Below, piece by piece: positions 49,443 through 59,676 of a DNA stretch of 64,000 bases. Under the pieces are notes generated by a model, which saw only the letters and a program-made list of their open reading frames with translations, made no database searches and was not told the origin of the DNA. Origin of the DNA: Alphaproteobacteria bacterium (lineage in GTDB: Bacteria; Pseudomonadota; Alphaproteobacteria; UBA828); NCBI GenBank assembly GCA_965214705.1, contig CBDCCI010000001.1, positions 224,001-288,000 on the forward strand, in the 5' to 3' direction. The position numbers and the translations under genes are program-made. Numbering within the stretch: position 1 is the stretch's first letter; the number at the start of each line of letters is the position of its first letter.

Positions 49443-49882
49443 TCGGTGCCTTCGCCCTTCCAGTTGCCGGATTTCTTCAGCGCGTCCGCCACCTCACGCG
49501 GCATGTAGTTCTCGTCGTGCTTGGCGAGCACCTCGTCGGCCTCGAACACGCTGCCCTTCAGATAGCCCTCGGCGACCACCCCCTGCCCCTCGCGGAACAG
49601 GTCCGGCAAAATACCGCGATAGGTCACGGGCACGGTGTGGGCGAGATCGGTGATGGTGAAGCGCACCATCAAGCCGTCGTCCCCCCTTACCACGCTGTTC
49701 TCCTCCACCAGGCCGCCTACGCGAAGCCGCTGCTCGGGCGAAAATTGCCGTTCCTTGAGCGTGCTCGGGTCATGGAAGAAGACGAGGGTATCGTCGAGCG
49801 CGGTGAGCACCAGGCCCGCAGCGAGGCCGAGCGCACCGAGCCCCCCGCCCAGAAAGACCAACCGCCAATGCTTGCGCTTCAT
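49439..49882 (-). CDS. ccmE: Heme chaperone CcmE
   Basis: [22 protein letters not shown]. Confidence 0.97.
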   Translation of the reverse strand: MKRKHWRLVFLGGGLGALGLAAGLVLTALDDTLVFFHDPSTLKERQFSPEQRLRVGGLVEENSVVRGDDGLMVRFTITDLAHTVPVTYRGILPDLFREGQGVVAEGYLKGSVFEADEVLAKHDENYMPREVADALKKSGNWKGEGTE

Positions 49883-50088
49883 GCCGGGGCGTTCTGCTCC
49901 CCGTCACGGTCGTTGTCTCCATCGGTAGCACGCTGCCGGCGCGCGGTCGCCTCCAAAGCCCTCAGCGCCGCCTCCCTCGCACGCATGGCGCGAATGCTGA
50001 GCAGGAGGAGCGCAGTCATGATTGCGGCCGCAGCCCCGAAGGCCGGCCACACGTAGGCGGCGTAACCGCCCATTTCGAAGAACGACAT
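49879..50088 (-). CDS. ccmD: Heme exporter protein CcmD
   Basis: [15 protein letters not shown] helix and charged tail; overlaps the ccmE start. Confidence 0.9.
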   Translation of the reverse strand: MSFFEMGGYAAYVWPAFGAAAAIMTALLLLSIRAMRAREAALRALEATARRQRATDGDNDRDGEQNAPA

Positions 50089-50287
50089 TGCCCCGCGCCC
50101 ACCTGCCGCAGGCGGCACCGCTGCAGGCACCACCCAACAGTCTCGTTACCTGGCAATAGACATAGTGTGGGGGCATCGTTCGCTGACATCAAGACGGCGG
50201 CAGGCGTGACCATCGAGGGACGGCTGACGCTGGGTCGCGGGTTGGTTACACTCGATGCACGGTTGAGTGGTTTTGGAGGGGCACGAA

Positions 50288-50701
50288 ATGGCCTATTGGC
50301 TCATAAAGTCGGAACCGAGTTGCTGGTCCTGGGACGATCAGGTGCGCGACAGCGTCACGGAGTGGGACGGCGTGCGCAACCATCAGGCGAACAACAACAT
50401 GAAGGCCATGAAGCGGGGCGACCGCTGCTTCTTCTACCACTCGGTCAACGCGAAGGAGATCGTCGGCGTCGTCGAGGTCGTGAAGGAGCACTATCCCGAC
50501 CCGACCGATGCTTCCGGGCGTTTTGGCATGGTCGACGTCAAGGCCGTGGTCCCGGTGAGCGAGCCGGTCTCTCTGAAGCGGATCAAGGAAGATCCGGCGC
50601 TGCAGGACATGCAGCTCCTGCGTCAATCGCGGCTTTCCGTGAGCCCCGTGACGGACGCCGAGTGGCGGCGCATCTGCACGCTGGCCGGCATCGCGGCCTG
50701 A
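50288..50701 (+). CDS. EVE domain protein
   Basis: YWLIKSEP, WDGVRNHQA, FFYHS, SRLSVSPV. Confidence 0.95.
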   Translation: MAYWLIKSEPSCWSWDDQVRDSVTEWDGVRNHQANNNMKAMKRGDRCFFYHSVNAKEIVGVVEVVKEHYPDPTDASGRFGMVDVKAVVPVSEPVSLKRIKEDPALQDMQLLRQSRLSVSPVTDAEWRRICTLAGIAA

Positions 50702-50718
50702 CGCCAGGATAGGCCCGC

Positions 50719-51759
50719 TCAGGCACCCTGCCTGTTCGCCGCCCGCGCGATTCGCAGCAGCGCCTGCCAGCAGATCGCCTCCGGCGCGCCGCCGGAAACC
50801 TTGCAGTCGCGCTCGGCACGGGTCAGCAAACCCAGCGCTCGGGCGGCGCGGGCGCTCGGCCAGCGCGCCATCTCTTGACCGAAGGCAGCACGGTCTCTGG
50901 GGAATACTGGGGGTTTGAGGCTGCCCATGGCATCGGCCCGACTGGCGCCGCCTTCCAGCGCGGCGACCGCGAGATGGAGGCGGGCGAGGCGCCGGGCCGC
51001 AGCGCGGAGAATGGTGATCGGTTGAACCCCACCGTAGAGCGCCCGCGTCATTGCTCGGTCCAGCCCCTCACGGTCGCCGGATAGGGCCAGACGCGCGACC
51101 TCATCAGCCGACGCTTCGGTTGCATCGCCGACGCAGGTCTCCGCGACCTCCTGCGTGAGCACTCCGCCCTCGGGCCCCGCCTCGCCCAGATAGACCGCGA
51201 GCTTCTCCACCGCGCCCTCGATCTGCCGGCGATCACTGCCCAGACGCTCGGCCAGCCAATCGATGGTCTCGGGCGCCGCCTTGATCTTGCGCGCGCTGCA
51301 GAAGGCTTCGATCAGCCGCGCAGCGCCCTCCGCGCTCTCGTCGTAGCAGGCGATGGCGGCGAGGCTCGCTTCCTGCTCGCACAGCCGCCGGAGGCCCGAG
51401 CGGGGTGTCAGCGGCCCGGCCTCCGCGATCACCAGGCTCTCCGCGGCTGGCAACGCGAGACACGAGCGGATCGCAGGAACCACCGCCTCGGTCGCCCCGC
51501 GCAGGCGGACGGCACGACGGCCGCCGATGAGCGAGAGCGCCGCCGCCTCGTCGGCGAGCCGGCCCGGCTCGTCTCGCAGCAGCGCCGGATCGAGGCTGGT
51601 GACGCGAAAGGGATCGTCGGCATCCTCTGCGACGGCCTTGACGCACGCTTCGGCGCGGGCCCGCACCAGGCCTTCGTTGGAGCCGTAGATCAGAACCAGC
51701 CGGACCGCCGCGTCCGGCGCCGCGCAGAACCGGTCCGCGCGCGCCGGCGCGATCTTCAT
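50719..51759 (-). CDS. holA: DNA polymerase III delta subunit
   Basis: LIYGSNEGLV, SLIGGRR, LRRLCE, IACY, EKLAVY; leuS-lptE-holA order. Confidence 0.9.
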   Translation of the reverse strand: MKIAPARADRFCAAPDAAVRLVLIYGSNEGLVRARAEACVKAVAEDADDPFRVTSLDPALLRDEPGRLADEAAALSLIGGRRAVRLRGATEAVVPAIRSCLALPAAESLVIAEAGPLTPRSGLRRLCEQEASLAAIACYDESAEGAARLIEAFCSARKIKAAPETIDWLAERLGSDRRQIEGAVEKLAVYLGEAGPEGGVLTQEVAETCVGDATEASADEVARLALSGDREGLDRAMTRALYGGVQPITILRAAARRLARLHLAVAALEGGASRADAMGSLKPPVFPRDRAAFGQEMARWPSARAARALGLLTRAERDCKVSGGAPEAICWQALLRIARAANRQGA

Positions 51760-51796
51760 GGCGTGCCAGCCGCCGGATCATGCGACGGCCAGGGTC

Positions 51797-52336
51797 TCAT
51801 CGACGGAGATGGAGGAGGATCAGCGTGAGGATTTCTTCGCTCAGCACCCGCGCCGCTTCCTTGGCCGCGTCCCGCTCCGCCGTCACGGTGGCGAACCCCG
51901 ATTCGACGACGTTGTAGCTGCCGGTCGCCCGGGCGCTGTCGCGGTAGACCACCGCCCCGCCCCGATCGGCGAGAGTGAACCTGGCGCGGAGCGTCAGATT
52001 GAACCGGGTCGCATGGTCGTCGAGCTGGATCAGCAGCGGAGTCTTTTCCTGCTCGACCACGAGGGTCAGGCGATAGTCGGGATGCGCCGGCTGTCCCCTC
52101 GGGGTGAGGCTGTCGATAAGATGGTTGCGCACGATGTGGCCGACCCGGTCCTTGACCGGCGCAATCTCAATCGCCGCAACGCCACCGCCCCGCGCCTTGC
52201 CGGCGCGGGAGCCGTAGAGCGGCTCCACGGAACAGGCGCCGAGCAGGACGAGGGAAAGAGCGAGGGCGAAGACGGGGGTTGTTCTGCGCCAGAGGCGTGT
52301 CGCGCGGGGGGAAAGCGGCCGGTCAGGTGACGACAT
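51797..52336 (-). CDS. lptE: LPS assembly lipoprotein LptE
   Basis: Lipobox LGAC followed by PLYG; between leuS and holA. Confidence 0.88.
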   Translation of the reverse strand: MSSPDRPLSPRATRLWRRTTPVFALALSLVLLGACSVEPLYGSRAGKARGGGVAAIEIAPVKDRVGHIVRNHLIDSLTPRGQPAHPDYRLTLVVEQEKTPLLIQLDDHATRFNLTLRARFTLADRGGAVVYRDSARATGSYNVVESGFATVTAERDAAKEAARVLSEEILTLILLHLRR

Positions 52337-54890
52337 TCACGATCCGTCCGGGCACGACGATCACCTTGCGCACTTCCCGGCCGGCGAGCGCCCGGCGCAC
52401 GCCACCGTCCGCCATGGCCGCGTTTTCCGCCGCCGCCTTGTCGTGATCCGCCGGCAGCGAGATGGTCGCGCGCTTTCTGCCGTCCACCTGCACGGCGACG
52501 ACCACAACGTCATCCGCGAGCAGGACGGGGTCCGGCTCCGGCCACGGCTCGCGCGCCAGCCAACTCTCGTGTCCGAGACGGCGCCAGGCCTCCTCGGCCA
52601 GATGCGGCACCACCGGGCCGAGCAGGCGCATGGCGGTCTCCAGGCCCTCGCGCATCACGTGGCCTGCACCGGGCGCGTCCTCGATGGCGGAGAGCGCATT
52701 GGTCAGCTCCCGCACCCGCGCCACCGCCCGGTTGAAGCGAAAACGCTCCAGATCATCGGTCACACCGGCGACGGTCTTGTGAATGGTCCTGCGCACGTCA
52801 CGCAGCGGAGCCGCCAAGGTCCCCTGGTCCAACGGCGTTGCCCCGCATGGAGACAGCGCCACGGGCGGCGACAGCACCATGCGCCAAAGCGCGGCGATGT
52901 AGCGCCAGGCGCCCTTGACGCCGGTGTCGGTCCATTCCAGGTCGCGTTCGGGCGGGCTGTCGGAGAGCATGAAGAGCCGCGCCGTGTCGGCGCCGTAGGC
53001 CTCGATGATCGCCTCGGGATCGACGGTGTTGCGCTTCGACTTGCTCATCGCCTCCGACCGGCCGATGGCGATTGGGCGCCCGTCCTCCTTGGTCACCAGC
53101 TCGCCTGCACGGGTCTCGACCTGATCGGGGTAGTACCAGCGCCCGTCTGTGTCGCGGTAGGTCTCGTGACACACCATGCCCTGGGTGAAGAGACCGGCGA
53201 AGGGCTCGTCGATCGTCACGTGGCCGCAGCGTTTGAGAGCCTTGGTATAGAAGCGCGAATAGAGCAGGTGCAGCACCGCGTGCTCGATGCCGCCGATGTA
53301 TTGATCGACCGGAAGCCAAGGCTCGACCTCGTCGGCCGGCAGCGGCTCGTCGGCGCGCGCGGCGCAGAAGCGCGCGAAGTACCAGGAGGAATCCACGAAG
53401 GTGTCCATCGTATCGGTATCGCGCTCCGCGGCAGCACCGCAGCGAGGGCACGTGGTGTGCTTCCACGTGGGATGGCGGTCAAGGGGATTGCCCGGCGTGT
53501 CGAAGGTCACGTCCTCGGGCAGGCGCACCGGGAGCGCCTCGCGCGGCACCGGCACCACGCCGCACGATGCGCAGTGCACCACCGGAATCGGGCAGCCCCA
53601 GTAGCGCTGCCGCGAGATGCCCCAATCGCGGAGCCGGTAGCTGACGGCAGAGCCGCCGGCGCCGCGTTCCGCAAGCTCTACGACGGCGCGCGCCTTGGCG
53701 TCGGCCACCGTGAGCCCGTTCAGGAAGTCGGAATTGATGGCCGCGCCGTCGCCGACATAGGCCTCGTCGCCGATCTCGACCGCATCCGCATCCTCCCCCG
53801 GCGGACACACCACCGGGATAACTGGCAGGCCCTGGGCGCGGGCGAAATCCAGGTCGCGCTGGTCGTGGGCTGGGCAGCCGAAGATCGCGCCGGTGCCGTA
53901 GTCCATGAGCACGAAATTGGCGACGTAGAGCGGCAGCGTGCGCGCGGCATCGAAGGGATGGCGGACGCTCACGCCCGTGTCGAAGCCGCGCTTGCCCGCC
54001 GCCTCGATGTCGCGCTCGCCGATGCCGGCGCGGTTGCACTCGGCGATGAAGTCGGCGAGCGCCGGATCGGAAGCGGCGAGCGATGTCGCCAGAGGATGGT
54101 TGGGCGAAAGCGCGCAGAAGGATGCGCCGAACAGCGTATCCGGCCGGGTCGTGAAGACCTCCAGTGCCTCGTCGCGGCCCTCAATGGGGAAGAGGATGCG
54201 CGCACCTTCCGAGCGCCCGATCCAGTTGCGCTGCATGAGCCGCACCTTCTCGGGCCAACGCGGCAACGCCTCCAGCGCATCCAGGAGTTCGTCGGCAAAG
54301 CGGGTGATGCGGAAGAACCATTGCGCCAACCTGCGTTTCTCGACGACGGCGCCCGAGCGCCAGCCGCGCCCGTCCACGACCTGCTCGTTGGCGAGCACCG
54401 TGCGATCGACCGGATCCCAGTTGACCCAGGCCTCCTTGCGCTCGACGAATCCACACTCGAAGAAGTCCAGGAACAACGCCTGCTGGTGTTCGTAGTAGCC
54501 GGGGTGGCAGGTCGCGAACTCGCGCTCCCAATCGATCGAGAGTCCCATCAGCTTGAGCTGCCCGCGCATCGTCGCGATGTTGGCGTAGGTCCACTCGGCT
54601 GGATGGACGCCGCGCTCGAAGGCCGCGTTCTCCGCTGGCAGCCCGAAGGCGTCCCAGCCCATGGGATGAAGGACGTCGAATCCCCGGGCCCGCTTGTAGC
54701 GCGCAACCACGTCGCCCATGGTGTAGTTGCGCACATGGCCCATGTGAATGCGGCCCGAGGGATACGGGAACATCTCCAGGACGTAGTAGGTCGGGTGACC
54801 GCTGCGACGCTCAGCCCGGAACAGGCCCGCGTCCTCCCAAGCGGCTTGCCACTTGGCCTCGACCGCCTGTGCGTCGTAACGCTCACTCAT
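52323..54890 (-). CDS. leuS: Leucine--tRNA ligase
   Basis: [36 protein letters not shown]. Confidence 0.98.
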   Translation of the reverse strand: MSERYDAQAVEAKWQAAWEDAGLFRAERRSGHPTYYVLEMFPYPSGRIHMGHVRNYTMGDVVARYKRARGFDVLHPMGWDAFGLPAENAAFERGVHPAEWTYANIATMRGQLKLMGLSIDWEREFATCHPGYYEHQQALFLDFFECGFVERKEAWVNWDPVDRTVLANEQVVDGRGWRSGAVVEKRRLAQWFFRITRFADELLDALEALPRWPEKVRLMQRNWIGRSEGARILFPIEGRDEALEVFTTRPDTLFGASFCALSPNHPLATSLAASDPALADFIAECNRAGIGERDIEAAGKRGFDTGVSVRHPFDAARTLPLYVANFVLMDYGTGAIFGCPAHDQRDLDFARAQGLPVIPVVCPPGEDADAVEIGDEAYVGDGAAINSDFLNGLTVADAKARAVVELAERGAGGSAVSYRLRDWGISRQRYWGCPIPVVHCASCGVVPVPREALPVRLPEDVTFDTPGNPLDRHPTWKHTTCPRCGAAAERDTDTMDTFVDSSWYFARFCAARADEPLPADEVEPWLPVDQYIGGIEHAVLHLLYSRFYTKALKRCGHVTIDEPFAGLFTQGMVCHETYRDTDGRWYYPDQVETRAGELVTKEDGRPIAIGRSEAMSKSKRNTVDPEAIIEAYGADTARLFMLSDSPPERDLEWTDTGVKGAWRYIAALWRMVLSPPVALSPCGATPLDQGTLAAPLRDVRRTIHKTVAGVTDDLERFRFNRAVARVRELTNALSAIEDAPGAGHVMREGLETAMRLLGPVVPHLAEEAWRRLGHESWLAREPWPEPDPVLLADDVVVVAVQVDGRKRATISLPADHDKAAAENAAMADGGVRRALAGREVRKVIVVPGRIVNVVT

Positions 54891-54995
54891 CGGCAACGCT
54901 CGCTCCCTCACCCCGGCCGGTGCCGGAGAGCGGCGTCCCTATAGCATGACCCGCCAGCCGGCGCAGCCGCGCCGGCCGGCACGCAACGCTGCACT

Positions 54996-55523
54996 CTATC
55001 GGCTGAGCTGTGCGGTACGCAGTTGACGGGCGCGGTCGAGGATCTTGTCTTCGAGGCTGACCGCGGTGTCCGGGCTCGTGGCGCGGTCCTCCCAGAGGCC
55101 GCTTTCGCCTCGTTCCTGGCGAAACACGGAGACCTGTACGCCGTCCGAGCGCAGCGTCCTGCCCAGGATGTAGACGGTCATCTTGAAGCGCTCGTCGGGG
55201 CTCTCGGGCGGGGAGTACCAATCGGTGATGATCACGCCACCAAAGGGATCAGCCGAGAGCAAGGGCATGAACGAGATGGTGTCGAGGGTCGCACGCCAGA
55301 GAAAGGCGTTGACGCCGATGCCGCTGGCAGCCGCTTCGTCCTCGTCGCCACCGAAAAGCCCGATCCCGCCGGAACCGAATATACTTTCTTGGCTCGCGCC
55401 GGCTGCGCGCCGTCGGGGATCCATGGTTGGGCTATCCGGCGGCACTGAATTCTCACAGCCGGCCGCTGCCAGAGCCAGGAGGAAAACGCCAAGCATCCCC
55501 AAGCCGATGTGCGAGCGCCTCAT
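54996..55523 (-). CDS. DUF3576 family lipoprotein
   Basis: Lipobox AAGC; VNAFLWRATLDTISFMPL, DPFGGVIITDWY; usual neighbour of leuS. Confidence 0.88.
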   Translation of the reverse strand: MRRSHIGLGMLGVFLLALAAAGCENSVPPDSPTMDPRRRAAGASQESIFGSGGIGLFGGDEDEAAASGIGVNAFLWRATLDTISFMPLLSADPFGGVIITDWYSPPESPDERFKMTVYILGRTLRSDGVQVSVFRQERGESGLWEDRATSPDTAVSLEDKILDRARQLRTAQLSR

Positions 55524-55694
55524 TCGGGCTGTCTCCGTCGAATGTTCACAGGCGCTTTTACCACGAGGCGCACCAACCTCGCAGCAGAATCGGGATCGCA
55601 GGCCAGCGCCAGCGACACGTGGCGAGCGTCGCTGGCCTGGGTTGTGCCGACGCCGCAACGCCGCCGGAAGGTGGAGTTACATTCACGGTGGAAC

Positions 55695-55768
55695 TGGAGG
55701 CCGAGGCCGGAATCGAACCGGCGTACACGGATTTGCAGTCCGCTGCATAGCCACTCTGCCACCCGGCC
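55695..55768 (-). tRNA. tRNA-Cys(GCA)
   Basis: GGCCGGGTGGCAGAGTGGCTATGCAGCGGACTGCAAATCCGTGTACGCCGGTTCGATTCCGGCCTCGGCCTCCA: cloverleaf, GCA anticodon, U73, encoded CCA. Confidence 0.97.
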
Positions 55769-55929
55769 CCAAGGCGCACGTGAGCGTCCGCGCCTCAATT
55801 AGGCGCCGCGTAGCGCCAGGGTCAACCGTCTTTGGCCCGGAACTCTGTTCGTGGCCGCGGCGCGCACGTCTGGCGGCCCGCTGGTGCGGCGGCTACACTC
55901 GGCGCCCATCCACGGCAGGAGGATTCAGG

Positions 55930-56640
55930 ATGACGGCGGAGCTTTCACGCAACGAGGAAGTCAGGCGGGCACTCGAGACGATCTTCGCCGCCGATTCCGA
56001 GATTTACCAGACGCGGGGATTCCAGCGCCGCATCGGGTTCGGAACCCGGCCGGCGCTCCTGATCATCGACCTCGCCAATGCCTGGACCCGGCCGGGCCAC
56101 AACTTCACGTGCGACAACATGGAGGTGATCATCCCCACCAACCAGCAGCTGCTGGCCGCCGCACGCGAGAAGAACATTCCCGTCATCTACACGACGACCG
56201 CCTATCAGGACCCGACCGGGCCGCACGCCGACACCGGCCTCTGGCACATGAAGATTCCGGTCGAGACCCTGCGTGAGGGCTCGCCGGAGGCGGCCATCGA
56301 CGAGCGCATCGCGCCGATGCCGGAGCGCGGCGAGCAGGTGATCGTGAAGAAGCGCGCGAGCGCCTTCCACGGTACCTACCTTGCGGGCTACCTCCGCGCC
56401 CAGCGGGTCGACACGGTCATCATTACCGGCGTCACCATGGCCGGCTGCGTGCGCCACTCCGCCGAGGATGCGATTGCCGAGGGCTTCCGCCCCATCGTCG
56501 TGCGGGAAGGCGTGGGCGACCGGGTGCCGGGGGTCGTCGAATGGAACCTGTTCGACATCGATGCCAAGTTCGGCGATGTCGAGCCGGCGGAGCGCGTCCT
56601 CGCCTATCTCAGCGAGCTGGAGGCGTTCAGCAACGAATAG
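55930..56640 (+). CDS. N-carbamoylsarcosine amidohydrolase-like cysteine hydrolase (isochorismatase family)
   Basis: RGFQRRIGFG, IDLANAWTRPGH, GCVRH, GDRVPGVVEWNLFDIDAKFGDVE closely recall the Arthrobacter CSHase sequence (from memory). Confidence 0.85.
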   Translation: MTAELSRNEEVRRALETIFAADSEIYQTRGFQRRIGFGTRPALLIIDLANAWTRPGHNFTCDNMEVIIPTNQQLLAAAREKNIPVIYTTTAYQDPTGPHADTGLWHMKIPVETLREGSPEAAIDERIAPMPERGEQVIVKKRASAFHGTYLAGYLRAQRVDTVIITGVTMAGCVRHSAEDAIAEGFRPIVVREGVGDRVPGVVEWNLFDIDAKFGDVEPAERVLAYLSELEAFSNE

Positions 56641-56657
56641 GAGCGGGAGCGTTCGTC

Positions 56658-58082
56658 ATGACCGCATCGGATCTCGACCTCTGCTACATGAGCGCGCTCG
56701 ACGCGCTTGCTGCGTTCAAGGCACGGACGCTTTCGCCGGTCGAGCTGATGAAGGCGGTGATCGCCCGCTGCGAGGCAGTCAACCCGACGCTCAACCTCGT
56801 CACCTACAACTATTTCGAACGCGCCCTGGAGCAGGCGAAGGCGGCCGAGGTGCGCTACGGCAAGGCGGACGGGCGGCTGCGCACGCTCGAAGGGCTGCCC
56901 TTCGCGAGCAAGGACTACCACGCGATCAAGGGCGAGATCACCACGATCGGCTCCAAGATCATGGAGCACAACCGCCCCGACCACACCTACCCGGTGACCG
57001 AGCGCCTCATGCGTGCCGGCGCGATTCTCCACATCCGCACCACGACGCCGGAGTTCGGCTATGCCGGGACGAGCCATAGCCCGCTTTGGGGCGTGAGCCG
57101 CAATCCCTGGAATCCCGATTACACGCCGGGCGGCTCCTCCGGCGGCAGCGGCGGCGCGGTGGCCGCAGGTATGACCACCATCGCGGACGGCGGCGACGGC
57201 GGCGGGTCGATCCGCATCCCGGCCTCGGTCAACGGCATCTTCGGCTTCAAGCCGCCCTACGGGCGCAACCCGAATGACACCACCGCGCCCCACGTCTTCC
57301 TGGTACAAATCGGCGTGCTGACTCGCACGGTGGCCGAATCCGCCCTGCTCCAGAACGTCGTCTCCGGTCCTCACAAGGCGGACATCAACTCCCTCAGGAC
57401 GCGGGTGCGCCTGCCGCTTACCTACGAGGGCATCGAGGGCTGGCGCATCGCCTACTCGCCGGATCTCGGCTACGTCGAGGTCGACGAGGAGGTACAGGAG
57501 AATACGCGGAAGGCCCTGGACGTCTTTCGCAATCTCGGCTGCGAGGTCGAGGAGGTCGATCTCGGCTGGACCTCGGGCGTGTTGAACCAGTACCTACGGC
57601 TCTTCGAGGTCTTCTTCGCCAGTGGGCTGCAGGACTTTCTCCCCGAGTGGCGCTTCGAGATGGACCCGAGGGTGGTCGATTTGGTGGAGAGGGGTCAGCA
57701 GGTGAGTGCCGTCGAGTTCGAGCGCGTCAGCCGCACACGCGGCTGGATGTACCAGAGGCTCGCACCGATCCTCGAACGCTACGACGTGATGATCTGCCCG
57801 ACGCTGGCGGTGCCGGCGGTCAAGGCGGACCACACCAACATGGACCCCAGCTTCACCATCAATGGCAAGCCGGTCGAGCCGCACCTGGGCTGGCTGCTCA
57901 CGTACCCGTTCAACATGATGAACCAATGTCCGGCGGCAAGCGTGCCGACCGGATTCGCACGAAACGGTGTTCCCACCGGCCTGCAGATCGTGGGCCGCAC
58001 CTACGACGATGCCCGGGTGTTCCGTGCCGCAGCGGCCTTCGAAGCGGCGACGAATTGGAGCCGGCACCGCCCCTCGCTTTAG
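56658..58082 (+). CDS. Amidase-signature family amidase
   Basis: SKD, PGGSSGGS, DGGGSIRIPAS, PTGLQIVG. Confidence 0.93.
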   Translation: MTASDLDLCYMSALDALAAFKARTLSPVELMKAVIARCEAVNPTLNLVTYNYFERALEQAKAAEVRYGKADGRLRTLEGLPFASKDYHAIKGEITTIGSKIMEHNRPDHTYPVTERLMRAGAILHIRTTTPEFGYAGTSHSPLWGVSRNPWNPDYTPGGSSGGSGGAVAAGMTTIADGGDGGGSIRIPASVNGIFGFKPPYGRNPNDTTAPHVFLVQIGVLTRTVAESALLQNVVSGPHKADINSLRTRVRLPLTYEGIEGWRIAYSPDLGYVEVDEEVQENTRKALDVFRNLGCEVEEVDLGWTSGVLNQYLRLFEVFFASGLQDFLPEWRFEMDPRVVDLVERGQQVSAVEFERVSRTRGWMYQRLAPILERYDVMICPTLAVPAVKADHTNMDPSFTINGKPVEPHLGWLLTYPFNMMNQCPAASVPTGFARNGVPTGLQIVGRTYDDARVFRAAAAFEAATNWSRHRPSL

Positions 58083-58099
58083 ACCCGGAGCAACCCGCA

Positions 58100-59527
58100 A
58101 TGGACAAAGGCTTGTGGAGCCGCAGCGCGGTCGAGGTCGCCACGATAATCCGGGCGCGCGAGGCATCGTGCGTCGAAGTGACGGAGTCGGTGCTGGACCG
58201 CATCGCCCAGCACAACGGGCGCATCAACGCGATCGTCGTCGACTGTTCCGAGGAGGCGTTGCGCGCCGCCGAACTGAAGGATCGCGAGGCCTGCGACGGC
58301 GCGACCCTCGGGCCGCTGCACGGGGTCCCGGTCACCATCAAGGAGAACATCGACGTTGCCGGACAGGCGACCACGAACGGCCTGCCGGCCTACGCTGATC
58401 TTGTTGCACCGGACCACTCTCCGGTCACGCGCAACTTGCTCGACGCAGGCGCGATCATCGTGGGGCGCACCAATACGCCGGAGCTCTCGATGCGCGCGAC
58501 CACGGACAACCCGCTGCGCGGCCGCACTCTCAATCCTTGGAACGAGGAGGCATCTCCGGGCGGGTCTTCCGGCGGAGCTTCGGCCGCTGCAGCGATGGGG
58601 TTCGGGCCGATTCACCACGGCAATGACATCGGCGGATCGCTGCGCTTTCCATCCTTCGCGTGCGGACTGGCGACGGTGAAGCCGACCCAGGGGCGGGTGC
58701 CCGCGTACAATCCGAGTGCCACGGCCGAGCGCGGCCTTCTCGCCCAGCTCAGCTCCGTCCAGGGCGCGATTTGCCGCGAGGTGCGGGACGTGCGGCTCGC
58801 AACGCGGGTGCTCGCGGGGGGTGACGCGCGCGATCCCTGGTGGGTACCGGTGCCCTTCGAGGGGCCCACGCTCGATCCCCCGATCAAGGTTGCGGTCACG
58901 TGCGAGGCTCACGGTTATCCGATCGATCCGCAGATCATCGCCGGTATCGACCGGGCGGCGGAAGTGCTCAGCGACGCGGGCTACGCGGTGGAGCGCGTGG
59001 CGACGCCCTCGATCATGAAGCCCGCGCAGGCGTGGTTCAACGTGCTCGCGAGCGAGATCGTGCACTTTCTGGGTCCTATCGCGCGCGAGCATGGCAGCAA
59101 GACCATCCGGACCATCTTCGAGGACTACCAGCGCGTCGGAAACCCGGTCGATGCGGCCGGATACCGCCAGGGCATCGCCGATCGCACCGCGCTGACCCGC
59201 GAATGGAACGTCTTTCTCGACCGGTATCCGCTGGTGCTCTGCCCGTTCCTGATGCGCTCGATGTACCCATGGGACCACGACGCGCACGGGTTCGAGAAGG
59301 TGAAGGACCTTTTCATGGCCGCCGTCTACAGCACCGGCGTCAACTACCTCGGCCTGCCGGCGGGCGTGGTGCCCGTCGGCTTCGCGGACGGGCTGCCGGC
59401 GGGTGTGCAGATCATCGGCCGTCGGTATCGCGAGGATCTGATCCTCGACGCGATGGAAGCGATCGAAGCCTCGGTCGGAGTTCTCGCGCACACCCTGTGG
59501 GAACGCGAAGAGAGCGCACCGTCGTGA
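58100..59527 (+). CDS. Amidase-signature family amidase (IaaH-like)
   Basis: GPLHGVPVTIKEN, PGGSSGG, GNDIGGSLRFP, PAGVQIIG. Confidence 0.93.
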   Translation: MDKGLWSRSAVEVATIIRAREASCVEVTESVLDRIAQHNGRINAIVVDCSEEALRAAELKDREACDGATLGPLHGVPVTIKENIDVAGQATTNGLPAYADLVAPDHSPVTRNLLDAGAIIVGRTNTPELSMRATTDNPLRGRTLNPWNEEASPGGSSGGASAAAAMGFGPIHHGNDIGGSLRFPSFACGLATVKPTQGRVPAYNPSATAERGLLAQLSSVQGAICREVRDVRLATRVLAGGDARDPWWVPVPFEGPTLDPPIKVAVTCEAHGYPIDPQIIAGIDRAAEVLSDAGYAVERVATPSIMKPAQAWFNVLASEIVHFLGPIAREHGSKTIRTIFEDYQRVGNPVDAAGYRQGIADRTALTREWNVFLDRYPLVLCPFLMRSMYPWDHDAHGFEKVKDLFMAAVYSTGVNYLGLPAGVVPVGFADGLPAGVQIIGRRYREDLILDAMEAIEASVGVLAHTLWEREESAPS

Positions 59528-59665
59528 CCCGGTGCGGCCGGCCGCTCCGCGCGAAGCGCTATTCCTCCGCCATCACCGGCCAGAGCTTGTAGCGCGAGCT
59601 TGATCTGCACAGCGCCTGTGGTTGGTGCCGCCATCGGCATGCACCCGTTCCGGTGCACGACCCGC

Positions 59666-59671
59666 TATAAT
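59666..59671 (+). promoter_or_regulatory. -10 hexamer TATAAT 5 nt before the lptF ATG (likely leaderless promoter)
   Basis: GCTATAATGAGCCATG with no Shine-Dalgarno sequence. Confidence 0.6.
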
Positions 59672-59676
59672 GAGCC

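Noticed and set aside
50288-50701. EVE domain as a modification-dependent restriction or defence component
   Set aside because: Stand-alone EVE with no fused or adjacent nuclease or toxin; typical housekeeping context.
52443-54944. 833-aa plus-strand ORF, and similar long ORFs such as 29625-32003, 4320-6050 and 17485-19278
   Set aside because: Antisense or off-frame shadows of well-supported genes; expected in high-GC DNA with few stop codons, and no recognisable motifs.
55524-55930. tRNA-Cys as an integration site for a genomic island
   Set aside because: No integrase, no duplicated tRNA 3' end noticed, and the core gene DUF3576 follows the 3' end directly.
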